Shown: positions 8,541 to 18,616, counted from the stretch's first letter. The stretch is 64,000 bases of DNA from Ruminococcus sp. (GCA_045129995.1 JBGUOX010000048.1:16381-80380); one strand, 5' to 3'. The notes: generated by a model not told the origin, from the sequence alone. Numbers and translations: made by a program.

Positions 8541-9941
8541 TTATATATTCAACATTCTATCGACGCCGAGCGAGCTTAGGAACAGCACAAACAGCAAAAT
8601 CGGTGCGACGACTTTTACCATTATAACATACAACGTTTTTCGGAAGAATCTCTCACCGTTCTTTGTCACTTCATCGATGACAAACTTAGGTTTGACTATC
8701 CATCCGATCAGGATGCAGGTACCTATCGCGACGATCGGCATCAAAATGCTGTTGCTCAGATAGTCGAAAATATCGAGGATCTGCGCTTTTGATCCGTTGG
8801 GAAGCGTGACCTCAAACATCCAGAAGGTGTAGCCGAAGCAAACGATCAAACCGAGCACCAAGCCAATGCCGGATTCGATAAGAGTCGCGCTTTTGCGGCT
8901 GACCTTCGTTTTGTCAATAATTCCCGACGCAACCGCTTCGAGTATGGAAACGGAGCTTGTCAGCGCGGCAAACAGCACCATAAGGAAGAACACGCTGCCG
9001 AAGATCCTGCCAGCAATGCCCATCTGTGCGAATACCTGAGGCAACGCAACAAACATTAATCCGGGACCGGCGTTTTCCAAACCGGAATTTCCGAGGAATA
9101 CATAAACAGCAGGAATGATCATTACGCCTGCCAAAAAGGCAACGATGGTGTCAAAAAACTCAATTTGGTTAACGGACTTCATCAGGTTGCTGTCATCCTT
9201 GCAGTAAGAACCATATGCAACCATAATACCCATAGCTACGCTGATGCTGTAGAAAAGCTGTCCCATCGCGTCCATAACAACGTGGATAAAACCGCCGACT
9301 GTCATTCCTTCAAAATTCGGAACAACATAAATCAAAAAACCGTCAAGACCGGTTCTGCCGCCCTCTTCACTGTCGTTAATGGTCAGTGAATAAACGGCGA
9401 TACCGACGATAAGCACGAGCAGCGCAGGCATAAGAACCTTTGAAAGCGCCTCGATTCCCTTGTTTACGCCACGGTAAACTACCAGACAGGTAGCTGCAAG
9501 GAAAATCACAAAGTATACGATCGGCTCTACCGGATTTGAGATAAAATCAGTGAAGAAAGAACCCTCTGCCGCGTCAAGTCCCTGACCGGTGATAAACACC
9601 ACGCAGTATTTCAGCACCCATCCTCCGATGACACAGTAATACGGGAAAATCAGGAATGGTACAGCGCTGGCAAAGCCGCCAAGCCATCCCCATTTATTAC
9701 TGACCTTTCCGTAAGCTGTAAGGCAGCTTTGCTTGGTCTTTCTTCCGATGGCGACCTCACTGACGAGCAGTGTAAAACCAAAGGTAAGCGCCAATACGAT
9801 ATAGACGACCAAAAACAGTCCGCCGCCGTTTTTTGCCGCCAAATACGGGAAACGCCAGATATTTCCGAGTCCCACAGCCGAGCCTGCCGCAGCAAGCACA
9901 AAGCCTATGGAGCTGGAAAACGTATTTCTCTTTTGTTCCAT
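8541..9941 (-). CDS. Sodium-dependent transporter, NSS/SNF (LeuT-like) family
   Basis: GSAVGLGNIWRFPY...NGGG signature; GQLFYSIS; AALTSSVS. Confidence 0.93.
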   Translation of the reverse strand: MEQKRNTFSSSIGFVLAAAGSAVGLGNIWRFPYLAAKNGGGLFLVVYIVLALTFGFTLLVSEVAIGRKTKQSCLTAYGKVSNKWGWLGGFASAVPFLIFPYYCVIGGWVLKYCVVFITGQGLDAAEGSFFTDFISNPVEPIVYFVIFLAATCLVVYRGVNKGIEALSKVLMPALLVLIVGIAVYSLTINDSEEGGRTGLDGFLIYVVPNFEGMTVGGFIHVVMDAMGQLFYSISVAMGIMVAYGSYCKDDSNLMKSVNQIEFFDTIVAFLAGVMIIPAVYVFLGNSGLENAGPGLMFVALPQVFAQMGIAGRIFGSVFFLMVLFAALTSSVSILEAVASGIIDKTKVSRKSATLIESGIGLVLGLIVCFGYTFWMFEVTLPNGSKAQILDIFDYLSNSILMPIVAIGTCILIGWIVKPKFVIDEVTKNGERFFRKTLYVIMVKVVAPILLFVLFLSSLGVDRMLNI

Positions 9942-10079
9942 AAACAACCCTCAATTTCTACTATTTTTCAAAAAGTACGCTATTAAGGGTTATTATACCA
10001 TAAATCTCCGTCGGAATCAATATTAATTATTGTCATATGTTACTGAATTTATGAAGATTCATACATTGTTTTTGTTCTA

Positions 10080-10166
10080 TTATCCTCTGCTGTAGTATAG
10101 CAAACACATAAAAGCCACGCCGATGAATCCGCCGATAAATGTTCCGATGACGATCCCTGCTAACAT
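10080..10166 (-). CDS. 28-aa single-TM small protein (DUF3789-like)
   Basis: MLAGIVIGTFIGGFIGVAFMCLLYYSRG preceded by a strong AGGAGG RBS; it is the 3' end of the spurious 171-aa ORF in the track. Confidence 0.65.
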   Translation of the reverse strand: MLAGIVIGTFIGGFIGVAFMCLLYYSRG

Positions 10167-10239
10167 AATTATTTTCCTCCTGTTCAAAATGTGACATAGT
10201 TTACACGTCCGCTGTGCAATAATAAAAACGGGTGATGAG

Positions 10240-11040
10240 ATGCGAACAGTGTATGTAGACGTTCTGATAGTAGTGAATATGTTTATTGACGCTATTTTGC
10301 TGATTTCGGCGGCAAAGCTTTTACAACTTCGCGTAAAGCTTACCGGACTGCTTATCGCCGCCTGTTTAGGCGGACTGTTCAGTCTTGCGGCGTTGCTGCC
10401 GCCGCTGCCATTGCCGCTGAACCTTCTTATAGACAGTATATGCGCCGTGATGCTTGTGTTTACCGCTTTCGGAAAAACCGACATAAAAAGCTTTTTTCGC
10501 CGCACTGCTGTGTTTTTCGCACTATCTTTTTTCTTTTGCGGAATAATGATACTGATCTGCACTATGTTCCATCCTGCAGGATTGGAAGTAAGCAACGACG
10601 TTGTCTACTTTAATATTTCCCCGGTTCTGCTGATTATATTCACCTTGATTTGCTATTACCTTCTGCGTTTGTTTCATTTTTTAACAAATAAAACACAAGG
10701 CAAAAGGATATGTTCTGTTTCAGTCAGTATCGGAGAAAATCAGTCGTCTTTTCGCGCGATGGTTGATACAGGCTGCGACGTAAGAGAACCGTTTTCGGGG
10801 GATTATGTAGTTATTGCCGAAAAGGAGCTGATAACTGTTCCGCCGGATCTTAAATTCCAATTTCGAATTATTCCTTTTCAAAGCTTAGGCGGCAGCGGAG
10901 TTTTGAAAGGGATACGCGCAGATCGGATACAGATCGACGGAAATGAACTGACAAACCGCATATACATCGGACTGTGCGAAAACGTCTTAAAAGGTGACGT
11001 AAAAGCGCTTGTCCCCTCTGCTGTTTTGAAAGATTTGTGA
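10240..11040 (+). CDS. spoIIGA: Pro-sigma-E processing aspartic protease SpoIIGA
   Basis: [11 protein letters not shown]-terminus, 5 TM segments, MVDTG catalytic motif, RIIPFQSLG; directly upstream of sigE. Confidence 0.92.
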   Translation: MRTVYVDVLIVVNMFIDAILLISAAKLLQLRVKLTGLLIAACLGGLFSLAALLPPLPLPLNLLIDSICAVMLVFTAFGKTDIKSFFRRTAVFFALSFFFCGIMILICTMFHPAGLEVSNDVVYFNISPVLLIIFTLICYYLLRLFHFLTNKTQGKRICSVSVSIGENQSSFRAMVDTGCDVREPFSGDYVVIAEKELITVPPDLKFQFRIIPFQSLGGSGVLKGIRADRIQIDGNELTNRIYIGLCENVLKGDVKALVPSAVLKDL

Positions 11041-11047
11041 GGTAAAA

Positions 11048-11740
11048 ATGATTGGGATTTTGCTGCGCATTAAGCTATGGTTCTGCGATAACGAAGTATT
11101 TTACATCAACGGAAGCGATACGCTTCCGCCGCCGCTCGGCAAAGCGGAGGAAGCAAAGGTCATCGTCCGTATTCAATCGGGCGACAGCCGCGCAAGAGAG
11201 CTGCTTATAATTCACAACCTGCGTTTAGTTGTGTATATCGCGAAGAAATTCGAGTCGCCCAGCGCCAATATCGAGGACTTGATCTCCATCGGCACTATCG
11301 GACTTATCAAAGCGGTCAACACCTTCTCTCCCGAAAAAAACATAAAGCTTGCCACATACGCTTCACGATGTATTGAAAACGAGATACTTATGTTCCTTCG
11401 AAAATCCTCACAGCTGAAAAACGAGGTTTCAATCGACGAACCGCTTAACACCGACTGGGACGGTAACGAGCTGCTGCTCTGCGACATTCTGGGCAGCGAC
11501 GGTGAGGAGATCAGCAACAATTTGGAATACGAGGTGGAAAAGCAACTGCTGCTGCGCAAGGTTGCAGGATTGAATCCACGGGAATCGCAGATAATGGAGC
11601 TTCGGTTCGGATTGAACGGCAATCACGAACATACGCAAAAGCAGGTTGCAGATCTGCTGGGGATCTCGCAGTCATATATTTCCAGGCTTGAGAAAAAAAT
11701 CATCCTGCGTTTGAAATCAGAACTTGAAAAAGCTGTTTAG
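11048..11740 (+). CDS. sigE: Sporulation sigma factor sigma-E (pro-form)
   Basis: [69 protein letters not shown]. Confidence 0.97.
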   Translation: MIGILLRIKLWFCDNEVFYINGSDTLPPPLGKAEEAKVIVRIQSGDSRARELLIIHNLRLVVYIAKKFESPSANIEDLISIGTIGLIKAVNTFSPEKNIKLATYASRCIENEILMFLRKSSQLKNEVSIDEPLNTDWDGNELLLCDILGSDGEEISNNLEYEVEKQLLLRKVAGLNPRESQIMELRFGLNGNHEHTQKQVADLLGISQSYISRLEKKIILRLKSELEKAV

Positions 11741-11765
11741 ACGATACCGAAAAAACAAAAATGTA

Positions 11766-11797
11766 ACAGGGCTGACACGTTCAGCCCTGTATTCTTT
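11766..11797 (+). terminator. Terminator after sigE
   Basis: ACAGGGCTGA...TCAGCCCTGT followed by ATTCTTT. Confidence 0.65.
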
Positions 11798-11861
11798 ATG
11801 GGAAGCTAAATATCCGCCGTTAATGAAACTGTCATCAAGATAGTTAACCCACCGGCTCTTT

Positions 11862-12191
11862 TTACAGCACAGGAGCGGTGTTATCTATGTCGTTATCATC
11901 ATTCTCGGATTCGGTAACAGGTTCCGTATCGGGCTCGCTGTCTTCGTTTCCGATTATTCCGTCGCTGTCGGAAATCTGTCCGTTATCAATCATATCATCA
12001 GCGTTGCTGACGATCGCCGAAACCGCGTCGGTGATGTTTTCGCGGATGTTATCCGCCATACTGCTCGCCTTGGAGTCAGCCTCCGAAACAACAGATTCCG
12101 CTTTGGATGTTGCTTTCTCGGCAGTTTTTCCGCAGCCTGCCAACGACGAAAACATCGCCGCCGCCATACATACGGTTAATACTTTTTTCAT
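11862..12191 (-). CDS. Small acidic lipoprotein
   Basis: MKKVLTVCMAAAMFSSLAGC lipobox; D/E/S-rich; AAGGA RBS. Confidence 0.75.
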   Translation of the reverse strand: MKKVLTVCMAAAMFSSLAGCGKTAEKATSKAESVVSEADSKASSMADNIRENITDAVSAIVSNADDMIDNGQISDSDGIIGNEDSEPDTEPVTESENDDNDIDNTAPVL

Positions 12192-12257
12192 ATCTATCAT
12201 CCTTTAACAAAAAATGGCGCCGTATAAAACGACACCATTATTATGTGTTATTCGGTT

Positions 12258-13046
12258 TTATTTATTCATTACGGTCACGTGCGGATAAGGGATAGTAATT
12301 CCGTTTTCGTCAAACGCGTTTTTGACATTTTCTTCCATTTTAAACTTCACGGTAAAATAATCTTCGCTTTTGCTCCAGACCAGCGTAAGGATCTCAACGC
12401 CGCTGTCAAGATGATTTGAAACATAAACCTTTGGTTCGGGATCCTGCATCGCCTCCGGAATTTGAGAGATCACATCATAAATCACGCTTTTGACCTTTGT
12501 CAAATTATCCTCATAGCTGACAGAGAATCTCAAATCTACCCTTCGAGTACCTGCTGTGGAGCAGTTGATAACGTTTGAAGTAGTCAGCTTGGAATTTGGG
12601 ATCTGAACGGTTTTATTGTCAAAGGTGTGAATCTGCGTATAAAATATACGAATGCTGTCAACAAAGCCTTCCAAGCCGTCAACTTCAATCAAATCGCCGG
12701 CTACCATAGGCTTATTGATGAGAATGATCATACCGCTGACTAAGTTTTTGAGCGTATCCTGAAAAGCAAGACCTGCCGTTAATGCTGCGGCGCCCAAGGC
12801 TGTGATGATCGAGGTAATGTCCACCTTTGCCGTTCCCAGCGCGGTAATGACAACCAAGCCGTATAGCACGACGCGCAGAATTGAGAATAAGAACGTCTTT
12901 GCCGTGTGATCCATCTTGGACTTTACCAAAAGCTTTTTCAGCGGAATCAGTATAAGCTTTACGATCAAGGCGCCGATCAGCAAGACGACCGCGAAGGCAA
13001 GAAAACCGTGCGTAAAACTCCAAAGCGCTTTTTTTAATTCTTCCAT
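12258..13046 (-). CDS. mscS: Small-conductance mechanosensitive channel (MscS family)
   Basis: 3 TM segments, AGLAFQDTLKNLVSG, GDLIEV, IPNSKL, GITIPYPH; GGAG RBS before ATG 13046. Confidence 0.9.
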   Translation of the reverse strand: MEELKKALWSFTHGFLAFAVVLLIGALIVKLILIPLKKLLVKSKMDHTAKTFLFSILRVVLYGLVVITALGTAKVDITSIITALGAAALTAGLAFQDTLKNLVSGMIILINKPMVAGDLIEVDGLEGFVDSIRIFYTQIHTFDNKTVQIPNSKLTTSNVINCSTAGTRRVDLRFSVSYEDNLTKVKSVIYDVISQIPEAMQDPEPKVYVSNHLDSGVEILTLVWSKSEDYFTVKFKMEENVKNAFDENGITIPYPHVTVMNK

Positions 13047-13054
13047 ATTCACTC

Positions 13055-14614
13055 CTAATCGGAAATAATTCTTTCGTTCACTATTTCGCCGTCCTTCCAA
13101 AGACGCACAACTACATTGCCGTCCTCGTCAAAGGATACGCTTTTGCCGTTACGGACGCCTTTGATGTAGGTGCAAACATCCAAAAAGCTGCCGTCCTTGT
13201 CAAACCGCGCGCCGAAACCGTCAGGCTTGTTTTCTTCCCACCTGCCGACGTGCAAGGTTCCGTCGCTTCTGCGGAACCCTACGCCGCGTCCGCTGCGGTT
13301 GCCGCTGTCCCAGTCTCCGATATAATTGGGACTGCCTTCCTTATAGTAGCACACTCCGAAGCCGTGCCGTTTATCGGCAAGATATTCACCGTCATAAGAC
13401 GTAAGTCCGGCAGGTGTTACAGTTCTTCCGCGACCGGTGCGCTGACCGTTCTCGTCTGTCGCGCCGAAGTAGGAATAAGCTCCGTTTTTGGTTTGGATCA
13501 GCGAATCAGCGTCAGGCTCGTCACGGTTGGTCAGATTGGTTTCCTGCTCGGCTTCCTCGGCTTCTTCCGCAATAACAGCAGCAGTTTCATTTGCTCCGCC
13601 TATGCTTATATCAGTTTCCGGCTCTGATTTCTCGGTTTCTTCCGCTACCGTTTCTTCAACTTGTACTTCTGTTTCTTTCTCAGCAGGTTCTTCAGCCGGT
13701 ACATCGGGTTCTTCTTTAGAAGATGTTTTTTCCTCCGCGGAATCCGTTTTGAACTTGTCATCTTCTAACGGATAGCTTGCCAGCTCACCGAAGATATTTT
13801 TGTTGGTTTTATGCGCTTCAAACAGAATATTAGCGATGCGGTCGTACGCCGAATAGGTGTAAGGCTCCGGCTCTTGTTGTACGACAGGTTCGGGCGTTTC
13901 TTCCGACACAATATCGTCGTCGCTTAAATACGCGGCGTTTTTTAAATCAAGCGCATCTTGGAAGCTGCCGGATGTGAAGCCAGAACGTGAAAAATGAAAA
14001 CCGCCTCCCGGCTGCTGCTGCGTTTTTTCGGTCAGCTCAGAGGGTTTGAAACGGCTGTCATACCAAATCATTCCGGAATTGGAATACACTAATGCGGTAC
14101 AACGCTTTTTCTGCGTTTCCATTGAAGGATACAAATCGACTGTTTTGACGCCCGAAGGCAAAAACTGTTGAAGGCGAAGAAGCAGCAGACCGTCGGAACG
14201 GCGCGGATAAATAACCGCTGTGATCGTGTTTTCCAAAACACGGTCATAGTATTCTGTACGCAGCCAAAGGTGATCGCCGCCGAAATACTGACGTTTTACG
14301 ATAATGCCGTTGCCGCCGTAGGACATTACGCAATAACCGCCGCCGACCGATCGCTTTACCGTTTGGACAGGTCGGTGTTCAGCACTGATTTTCCATGAAA
14401 GAGGTTCCCCGCTTTTCATGGAATAACCCAAATTGTAAACACGGTCGTCAATGGTTATGTCCGTTTTTTCGACTTGAGGAGAGCATTTGGCGTTAAAATA
14501 ATTTGCTCTTACTCCGGCAAGCGCGTCGTTTTTAAAATCAAGACGCTCGTATTCCGATGTCAAAACAGAATATATAATTAAATCCTTAGATATTTTACGC
14601 ATTTTTGAAAGCAT
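13055..14614 (-). CDS. MORN-repeat protein with unknown N-terminal domain and acidic linker
   Basis: C-terminal repeats YDGEYLADKRHGFG, YIGDWDSGNRSGRG, HVGRWEENKPDGFG. Confidence 0.8.
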   Translation of the reverse strand: MLSKMRKISKDLIIYSVLTSEYERLDFKNDALAGVRANYFNAKCSPQVEKTDITIDDRVYNLGYSMKSGEPLSWKISAEHRPVQTVKRSVGGGYCVMSYGGNGIIVKRQYFGGDHLWLRTEYYDRVLENTITAVIYPRRSDGLLLLRLQQFLPSGVKTVDLYPSMETQKKRCTALVYSNSGMIWYDSRFKPSELTEKTQQQPGGGFHFSRSGFTSGSFQDALDLKNAAYLSDDDIVSEETPEPVVQQEPEPYTYSAYDRIANILFEAHKTNKNIFGELASYPLEDDKFKTDSAEEKTSSKEEPDVPAEEPAEKETEVQVEETVAEETEKSEPETDISIGGANETAAVIAEEAEEAEQETNLTNRDEPDADSLIQTKNGAYSYFGATDENGQRTGRGRTVTPAGLTSYDGEYLADKRHGFGVCYYKEGSPNYIGDWDSGNRSGRGVGFRRSDGTLHVGRWEENKPDGFGARFDKDGSFLDVCTYIKGVRNGKSVSFDEDGNVVVRLWKDGEIVNERIISD

Positions 14615-14705
14615 AAACGATCCCTCTCACAGCTGAGTGCCGTGTATGACAGAATACTAAACACGGGCGAACACAGTCCGCCCGCGTTGTGATAACCTAA
14701 TAATC

Positions 14706-15680
14706 TTAAATAGACACCGACATTGCGATCTTGTAGAGTCTTGTGTCGAAAACGCGCTCCATTTCAAGAGCTTTATTGATGTCGAGGTGTGTGATTTTGC
14801 CGTCACGCATAACAACCACACGGTTGCCCATTCCGCGGTCAAGCAGTGAAACCGCCTCATAACCCATCTGGCTTGCAACCACTCTGTCGCGCAGCGTCGG
14901 CGAACCGCCGCGCTGTACATGACCGAGTATCGTTGCTCTTGCTTCAATTCCGAGACGCAGCTCGATAAATTTTGCCAAATCATTAACACCGCCTACGCCT
15001 TCGGCAACTACGACGATAAAATGCTTTTTGCCGGTTTTTTGTGTATTTACTATTCTTGCGATAACGTCGCGCTCAATATTATACTCGATCTCTGGCACCA
15101 AAATAGCCGTTGCGCCTGTTGCGATACCGGTTTGCAGGGCTATGTCGCCGCAGCGTCTGCCCATAACCTCAACGATGGAGCAGCGGTCATGCGACTGAGC
15201 GGTATCGCGTATGCGGTCAACCATCTCCAAAGCCGTGTTCATTGCCGTGTCAAAGCCGATGGTATACTCGGAACAGGCGATGTCGTTGTCGATGGTACCG
15301 GGAACACCGATGCATTTAATTCCCGCCGCTGTCAGTGCTCTTGCTCCGCGGAAGGAACCGTCGCCGCCGATTACAACTACGCCGCTGATGCCCTGGCTGC
15401 GGCAAAACTCTGCGGCGCGCTCCTGCGCTTCCTTTTGCTTGAACTCCTCGCTTCTGGCGGTGTACAGCATGGTGCCGCCGTTTCCGATGATGTCGGATAC
15501 CGAGCGAAGATTCATCTCTTCGATGTCGCCGTTAAGCAAACCGTTATAGCCGCGATAAACGCCGAAAACGCGCATTCCCTTGTTTATACCTGCACGCACA
15601 ACCGCTCTAACGGCAGCGTTCATACCCGGCGCGTCACCGCCGCTGGTCAATACCGCAATCGATTTTTGTTCCATATCCAT
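14706..15680 (-). CDS. pfkA: ATP-dependent 6-phosphofructokinase
   Basis: LTSGGDAPGMNAA, GGDGS, TIDND, EVMGR, LGHVQRGG. Confidence 0.98.
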   Translation of the reverse strand: MDMEQKSIAVLTSGGDAPGMNAAVRAVVRAGINKGMRVFGVYRGYNGLLNGDIEEMNLRSVSDIIGNGGTMLYTARSEEFKQKEAQERAAEFCRSQGISGVVVIGGDGSFRGARALTAAGIKCIGVPGTIDNDIACSEYTIGFDTAMNTALEMVDRIRDTAQSHDRCSIVEVMGRRCGDIALQTGIATGATAILVPEIEYNIERDVIARIVNTQKTGKKHFIVVVAEGVGGVNDLAKFIELRLGIEARATILGHVQRGGSPTLRDRVVASQMGYEAVSLLDRGMGNRVVVMRDGKITHLDINKALEMERVFDTRLYKIAMSVSI

Positions 15681-15816
15681 ACCTCCGTAGGTTTATTATA
15701 TTATTTACCGTTTTATTATAATACAAACAGGTGCTGTTTACAAGGGATTTTTTTATTTTTTCAAAAAATATTACAAAATTTTTGATAATGATTCCGATTT
15801 TGTTATGACTATTACC

Positions 15817-15845
15817 TTGACTTTTGGTTTCAGGCGTATTATTAT
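15817..15845 (+). promoter_or_regulatory. sigma-A type promoter for the GT2 gene
   Basis: TTGACT-17 nt-TATTAT. Confidence 0.45.
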
Positions 15846-15883
15846 GATAATGGTAATTTAGAATTATAATGAAGGTGTATGGA

Positions 15884-16834
15884 ATGACAAAACTGTATTT
15901 GGCGATCCCCTGTTACAACGAAGAGGATGTGCTTTGGGATTCTGCAGAAAAGCTTCTGAATAAATATTATGATATGATGGCGGATAACATCATCACCCCG
16001 GACAGCCGCATCGTATTTATCGACGACGGCTCTAAAGACAAAACATGGGAAATCATTCAGGATCTGCACGGTCAAAACTCAATTTTTCAAGGCATTAAGC
16101 TCAGCCGAAACCGCGGTCATCAAAACGCGCTGCTTGCCGGAATGATGACACTAAAGGACAAAGCGGACGCGGTCATTTCCATTGACGCGGATCTGCAGGA
16201 CGACATCAATGTTTTTGACAGTATGGTAAAGGATTTTGAAAACGGATGCGACGTGGTTTACGGCGTGCGCTCCAAACGAGCCACAGATACGTTTTTTAAA
16301 CGCTTTACAGCCGAAGTATTTTATAAAATATTGAATAAAATGGGCGCCAAGGTCATTTTTAATCACGCCGATTTTCGTTTGATGAGCCGCCGCGCGCTTG
16401 AAGCGTTTTCACTTTATCGCGAAACGAACATTTTCCTGCGCGGTATGGTGCCGCTGATCGGTTACAAATCTTCGGTTGTCAAATATGAAAGAAGCGAGCG
16501 TTTAGCCGGAGAAAGCAAATATCCGCTGAAAAAAATGCTGGCTCTGGCGTGGGAAGGCGTAACTTCACTTAGCATCCAGCCGATCAGAGTCATCACATGG
16601 CTTGGACTGATCATCTTCATAATCAGCATCATCATGGTCATTTATTCACTGATAAGCTTTTTTACCGGAGCTGCCGTCAGCGGCTGGGCAAGTACTCTTT
16701 GCTCGATTTGGGCATTGGGCGGATTGCAGCTGCTCGCCATTGGTATTATCGGCGAATACATCGGCAAAATCTATATGGAAACCAAGCGCAGACCGCGTTT
16801 TATCGTGGAAGAATACTTGGACGATTATGAATAA
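15884..16834 (+). CDS. GT2 polyprenol-phosphate glycosyltransferase (GtrB/CsbB/YkoT-like)
   Basis: IPCYNEE, FIDDGSKD, SRNRGHQNAL, IDADLQD, two C-terminal TM helices, GEYIGKIYMETKRRPRF. Confidence 0.93.
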   Translation: MTKLYLAIPCYNEEDVLWDSAEKLLNKYYDMMADNIITPDSRIVFIDDGSKDKTWEIIQDLHGQNSIFQGIKLSRNRGHQNALLAGMMTLKDKADAVISIDADLQDDINVFDSMVKDFENGCDVVYGVRSKRATDTFFKRFTAEVFYKILNKMGAKVIFNHADFRLMSRRALEAFSLYRETNIFLRGMVPLIGYKSSVVKYERSERLAGESKYPLKKMLALAWEGVTSLSIQPIRVITWLGLIIFIISIIMVIYSLISFFTGAAVSGWASTLCSIWALGGLQLLAIGIIGEYIGKIYMETKRRPRFIVEEYLDDYE

Positions 16835-16848
16835 TAATTCTTTTTTTG

Positions 16849-16873
16849 AAAAACCGGTTCGCCGGTTTTTCTT
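16849..16873 (+). terminator. Terminator after the GT2 gene
   Basis: AAAAACCGG-TTCG-CCGGTTTTT. Confidence 0.7.
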
Positions 16874-17004
16874 TGTTTTTGCCGGAATCGAGCCTCTGTT
16901 ACACAAAAAAACCGTAATATTTTACAAAATAATCTTTCAATACGGTTGTTTACATCGAATATGTAAAAAAAATCCCAAATAAGATTTAATTTTCTTTGTT
17001 ATTA

Positions 17005-17033
17005 TTGACTTTGAACACAAGTTTTATTATAAT
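17005..17033 (+). promoter_or_regulatory. sigma-A promoter of the dlt-like operon
   Basis: TTGACT-17 nt-TATAAT, 55 nt upstream of an AAGGAG-preceded ATG. Confidence 0.75.
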
Positions 17034-17088
17034 ATTTAGAAGTAAAAGAACGTTTTAAAAGATTCAATAAACAGCAAAGGAGTGGCTT

Positions 17089-18594
17089 ATGGAAACTTCA
17101 ATTTTACAACGGCTGAACCGTTCCTGTGAGCAATACGCCGACAAGGTAATGTTCAAGGACGAACACAGTCAGATCACATTTGCCGAATTTAACCGTTTGA
17201 CAAAAGCTGTCGGCAGCTATCTTGCGGCAAAGGTGCCCTGCGGCGCACCCGTAGCCGTAATGTCCGGCAGACACATTTTGACTCCCGCATGCTTTTTGGG
17301 CGCAGTACGCGCAGGCTGTTTTTATGCTCCGATGGACGGCGATATGCCGCAGGCTCGTCTTAACCAGATCCTCGGCGTTATAAAAGCTGATTTTATGCTG
17401 GTAGACAAGGCGCATCTGGAAACCGCGCAGTCGCTTGACTTCAACGGCGAGCTGATCGTTCTTGAGGACATCGCAGACACCGAAATCGACGAAGCGCTGA
17501 TCGAGGCGCGTTCCGCTACGCTGACCTGCACTTCGCCTCTGTATGTTATTTTCACATCCGGCTCCACCGGCGTTCCCAAGGGCGTTATCACATCTCACCT
17601 GTCGCTGATGTGCTACATCGACGCGGTTGCGAAGGTTCTTTCGATCAACGACACCGACATCTGCGGAAACCAGAGTCCGCTGGATTACATCGCTGCTGTC
17701 AGAGATATTTATTTCCCTGTCAGCTTCGGCGCATCGACCTATATCATTCCGAAAAACGAGTTTGCCGTTCCTACCACGCTGTTTGAAACGCTCAACCGTG
17801 AGAAGATCACTTCCCTGTGCTGGAGCGTTGCAGGAGTTGAGCTGCCCGCGAAGCTGGGCGCGTTTGACGTAAGCAAGCCCGAGTATCTTAAAAAGCTTTG
17901 CTTCTCCGGATCCGTTATGCCCTGCAAGTATCTTAAGATTTGGCAGGAGCATTTGCCCGATGTGCTGTATGTCAATCAGTACGGTCCCACCGAATCCACC
18001 GCGTCCTGCACCTATTATGTTGTGAAGGAAAAGGTGAACGACGACTCGGTTTTGCCGATCGGCACAGCGTACGACAACTACCGCATTTTGCTGCTCAACG
18101 AGGACAACACCGCAACACCGATGGGTGAACAGGGTGAGATTTGCGTTGCAGGTCCTATTTTGGCGCTGGGTTACTACGGCAATCCCGAACAAACCGCCAA
18201 AACCTTTATGCAAAATCCGCTCAACAGCAATTACCGCGAACTGATTTACAAAACCGGCGACCTCGGCAGCTTCCGCGAGGACGGCATTCTGCTGTTCCAC
18301 GGCAGAAAAGACCGTCAGATCAAACACCTCGGTCACCGCATCGAGCTTGGCGAGATCGAAGAAACCGCCAAAAAGATTGCAGGCGTAACAGACTGCTGTT
18401 CGCTTTACAATAAAGAAAAAGCCACCCTCTACCTTTTCTACACAGGTCCTGCGACCTCAAAGGAAATTGTACTTTATTTCAGACAGAATATGCCTGCGTT
18501 TATGGTTCCGCGCAAGCTGGTGAGTTTGGATGTGCTTCCGACTTTGCCTAACGGAAAAACCGATATGCAGACATTGAAATCCTACTTCAAATAA
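17089..18594 (+). CDS. Stand-alone adenylation enzyme (DltA-like aminoacyl-carrier ligase)
   Basis: A3 FTSGSTGVPKG, A5 NQYGPTE, A6 GEICVAG, A7 YKTGDL, A8 GRKDRQIK...RIELGEIE, A10 NGK; no fused carrier or condensation domain. Confidence 0.92.
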   Translation: METSILQRLNRSCEQYADKVMFKDEHSQITFAEFNRLTKAVGSYLAAKVPCGAPVAVMSGRHILTPACFLGAVRAGCFYAPMDGDMPQARLNQILGVIKADFMLVDKAHLETAQSLDFNGELIVLEDIADTEIDEALIEARSATLTCTSPLYVIFTSGSTGVPKGVITSHLSLMCYIDAVAKVLSINDTDICGNQSPLDYIAAVRDIYFPVSFGASTYIIPKNEFAVPTTLFETLNREKITSLCWSVAGVELPAKLGAFDVSKPEYLKKLCFSGSVMPCKYLKIWQEHLPDVLYVNQYGPTESTASCTYYVVKEKVNDDSVLPIGTAYDNYRILLLNEDNTATPMGEQGEICVAGPILALGYYGNPEQTAKTFMQNPLNSNYRELIYKTGDLGSFREDGILLFHGRKDRQIKHLGHRIELGEIEETAKKIAGVTDCCSLYNKEKATLYLFYTGPATSKEIVLYFRQNMPAFMVPRKLVSLDVLPTLPNGKTDMQTLKSYFK

Positions 18595-18616
18595 TTTTTT
18601 TAAAGGAGAATGTATC

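Noticed and set aside
10170-10239. Spo0A boxes at the spoIIG promoter
   Set aside because: No convincing TGNCGAA match, so it is expected by analogy but not supported by the sequence.
10167-10595. 171-aa minus ORF overlapping spoIIGA
   Set aside because: Only the last 28 codons have an RBS and a coherent sequence; the rest is antisense to spoIIGA.
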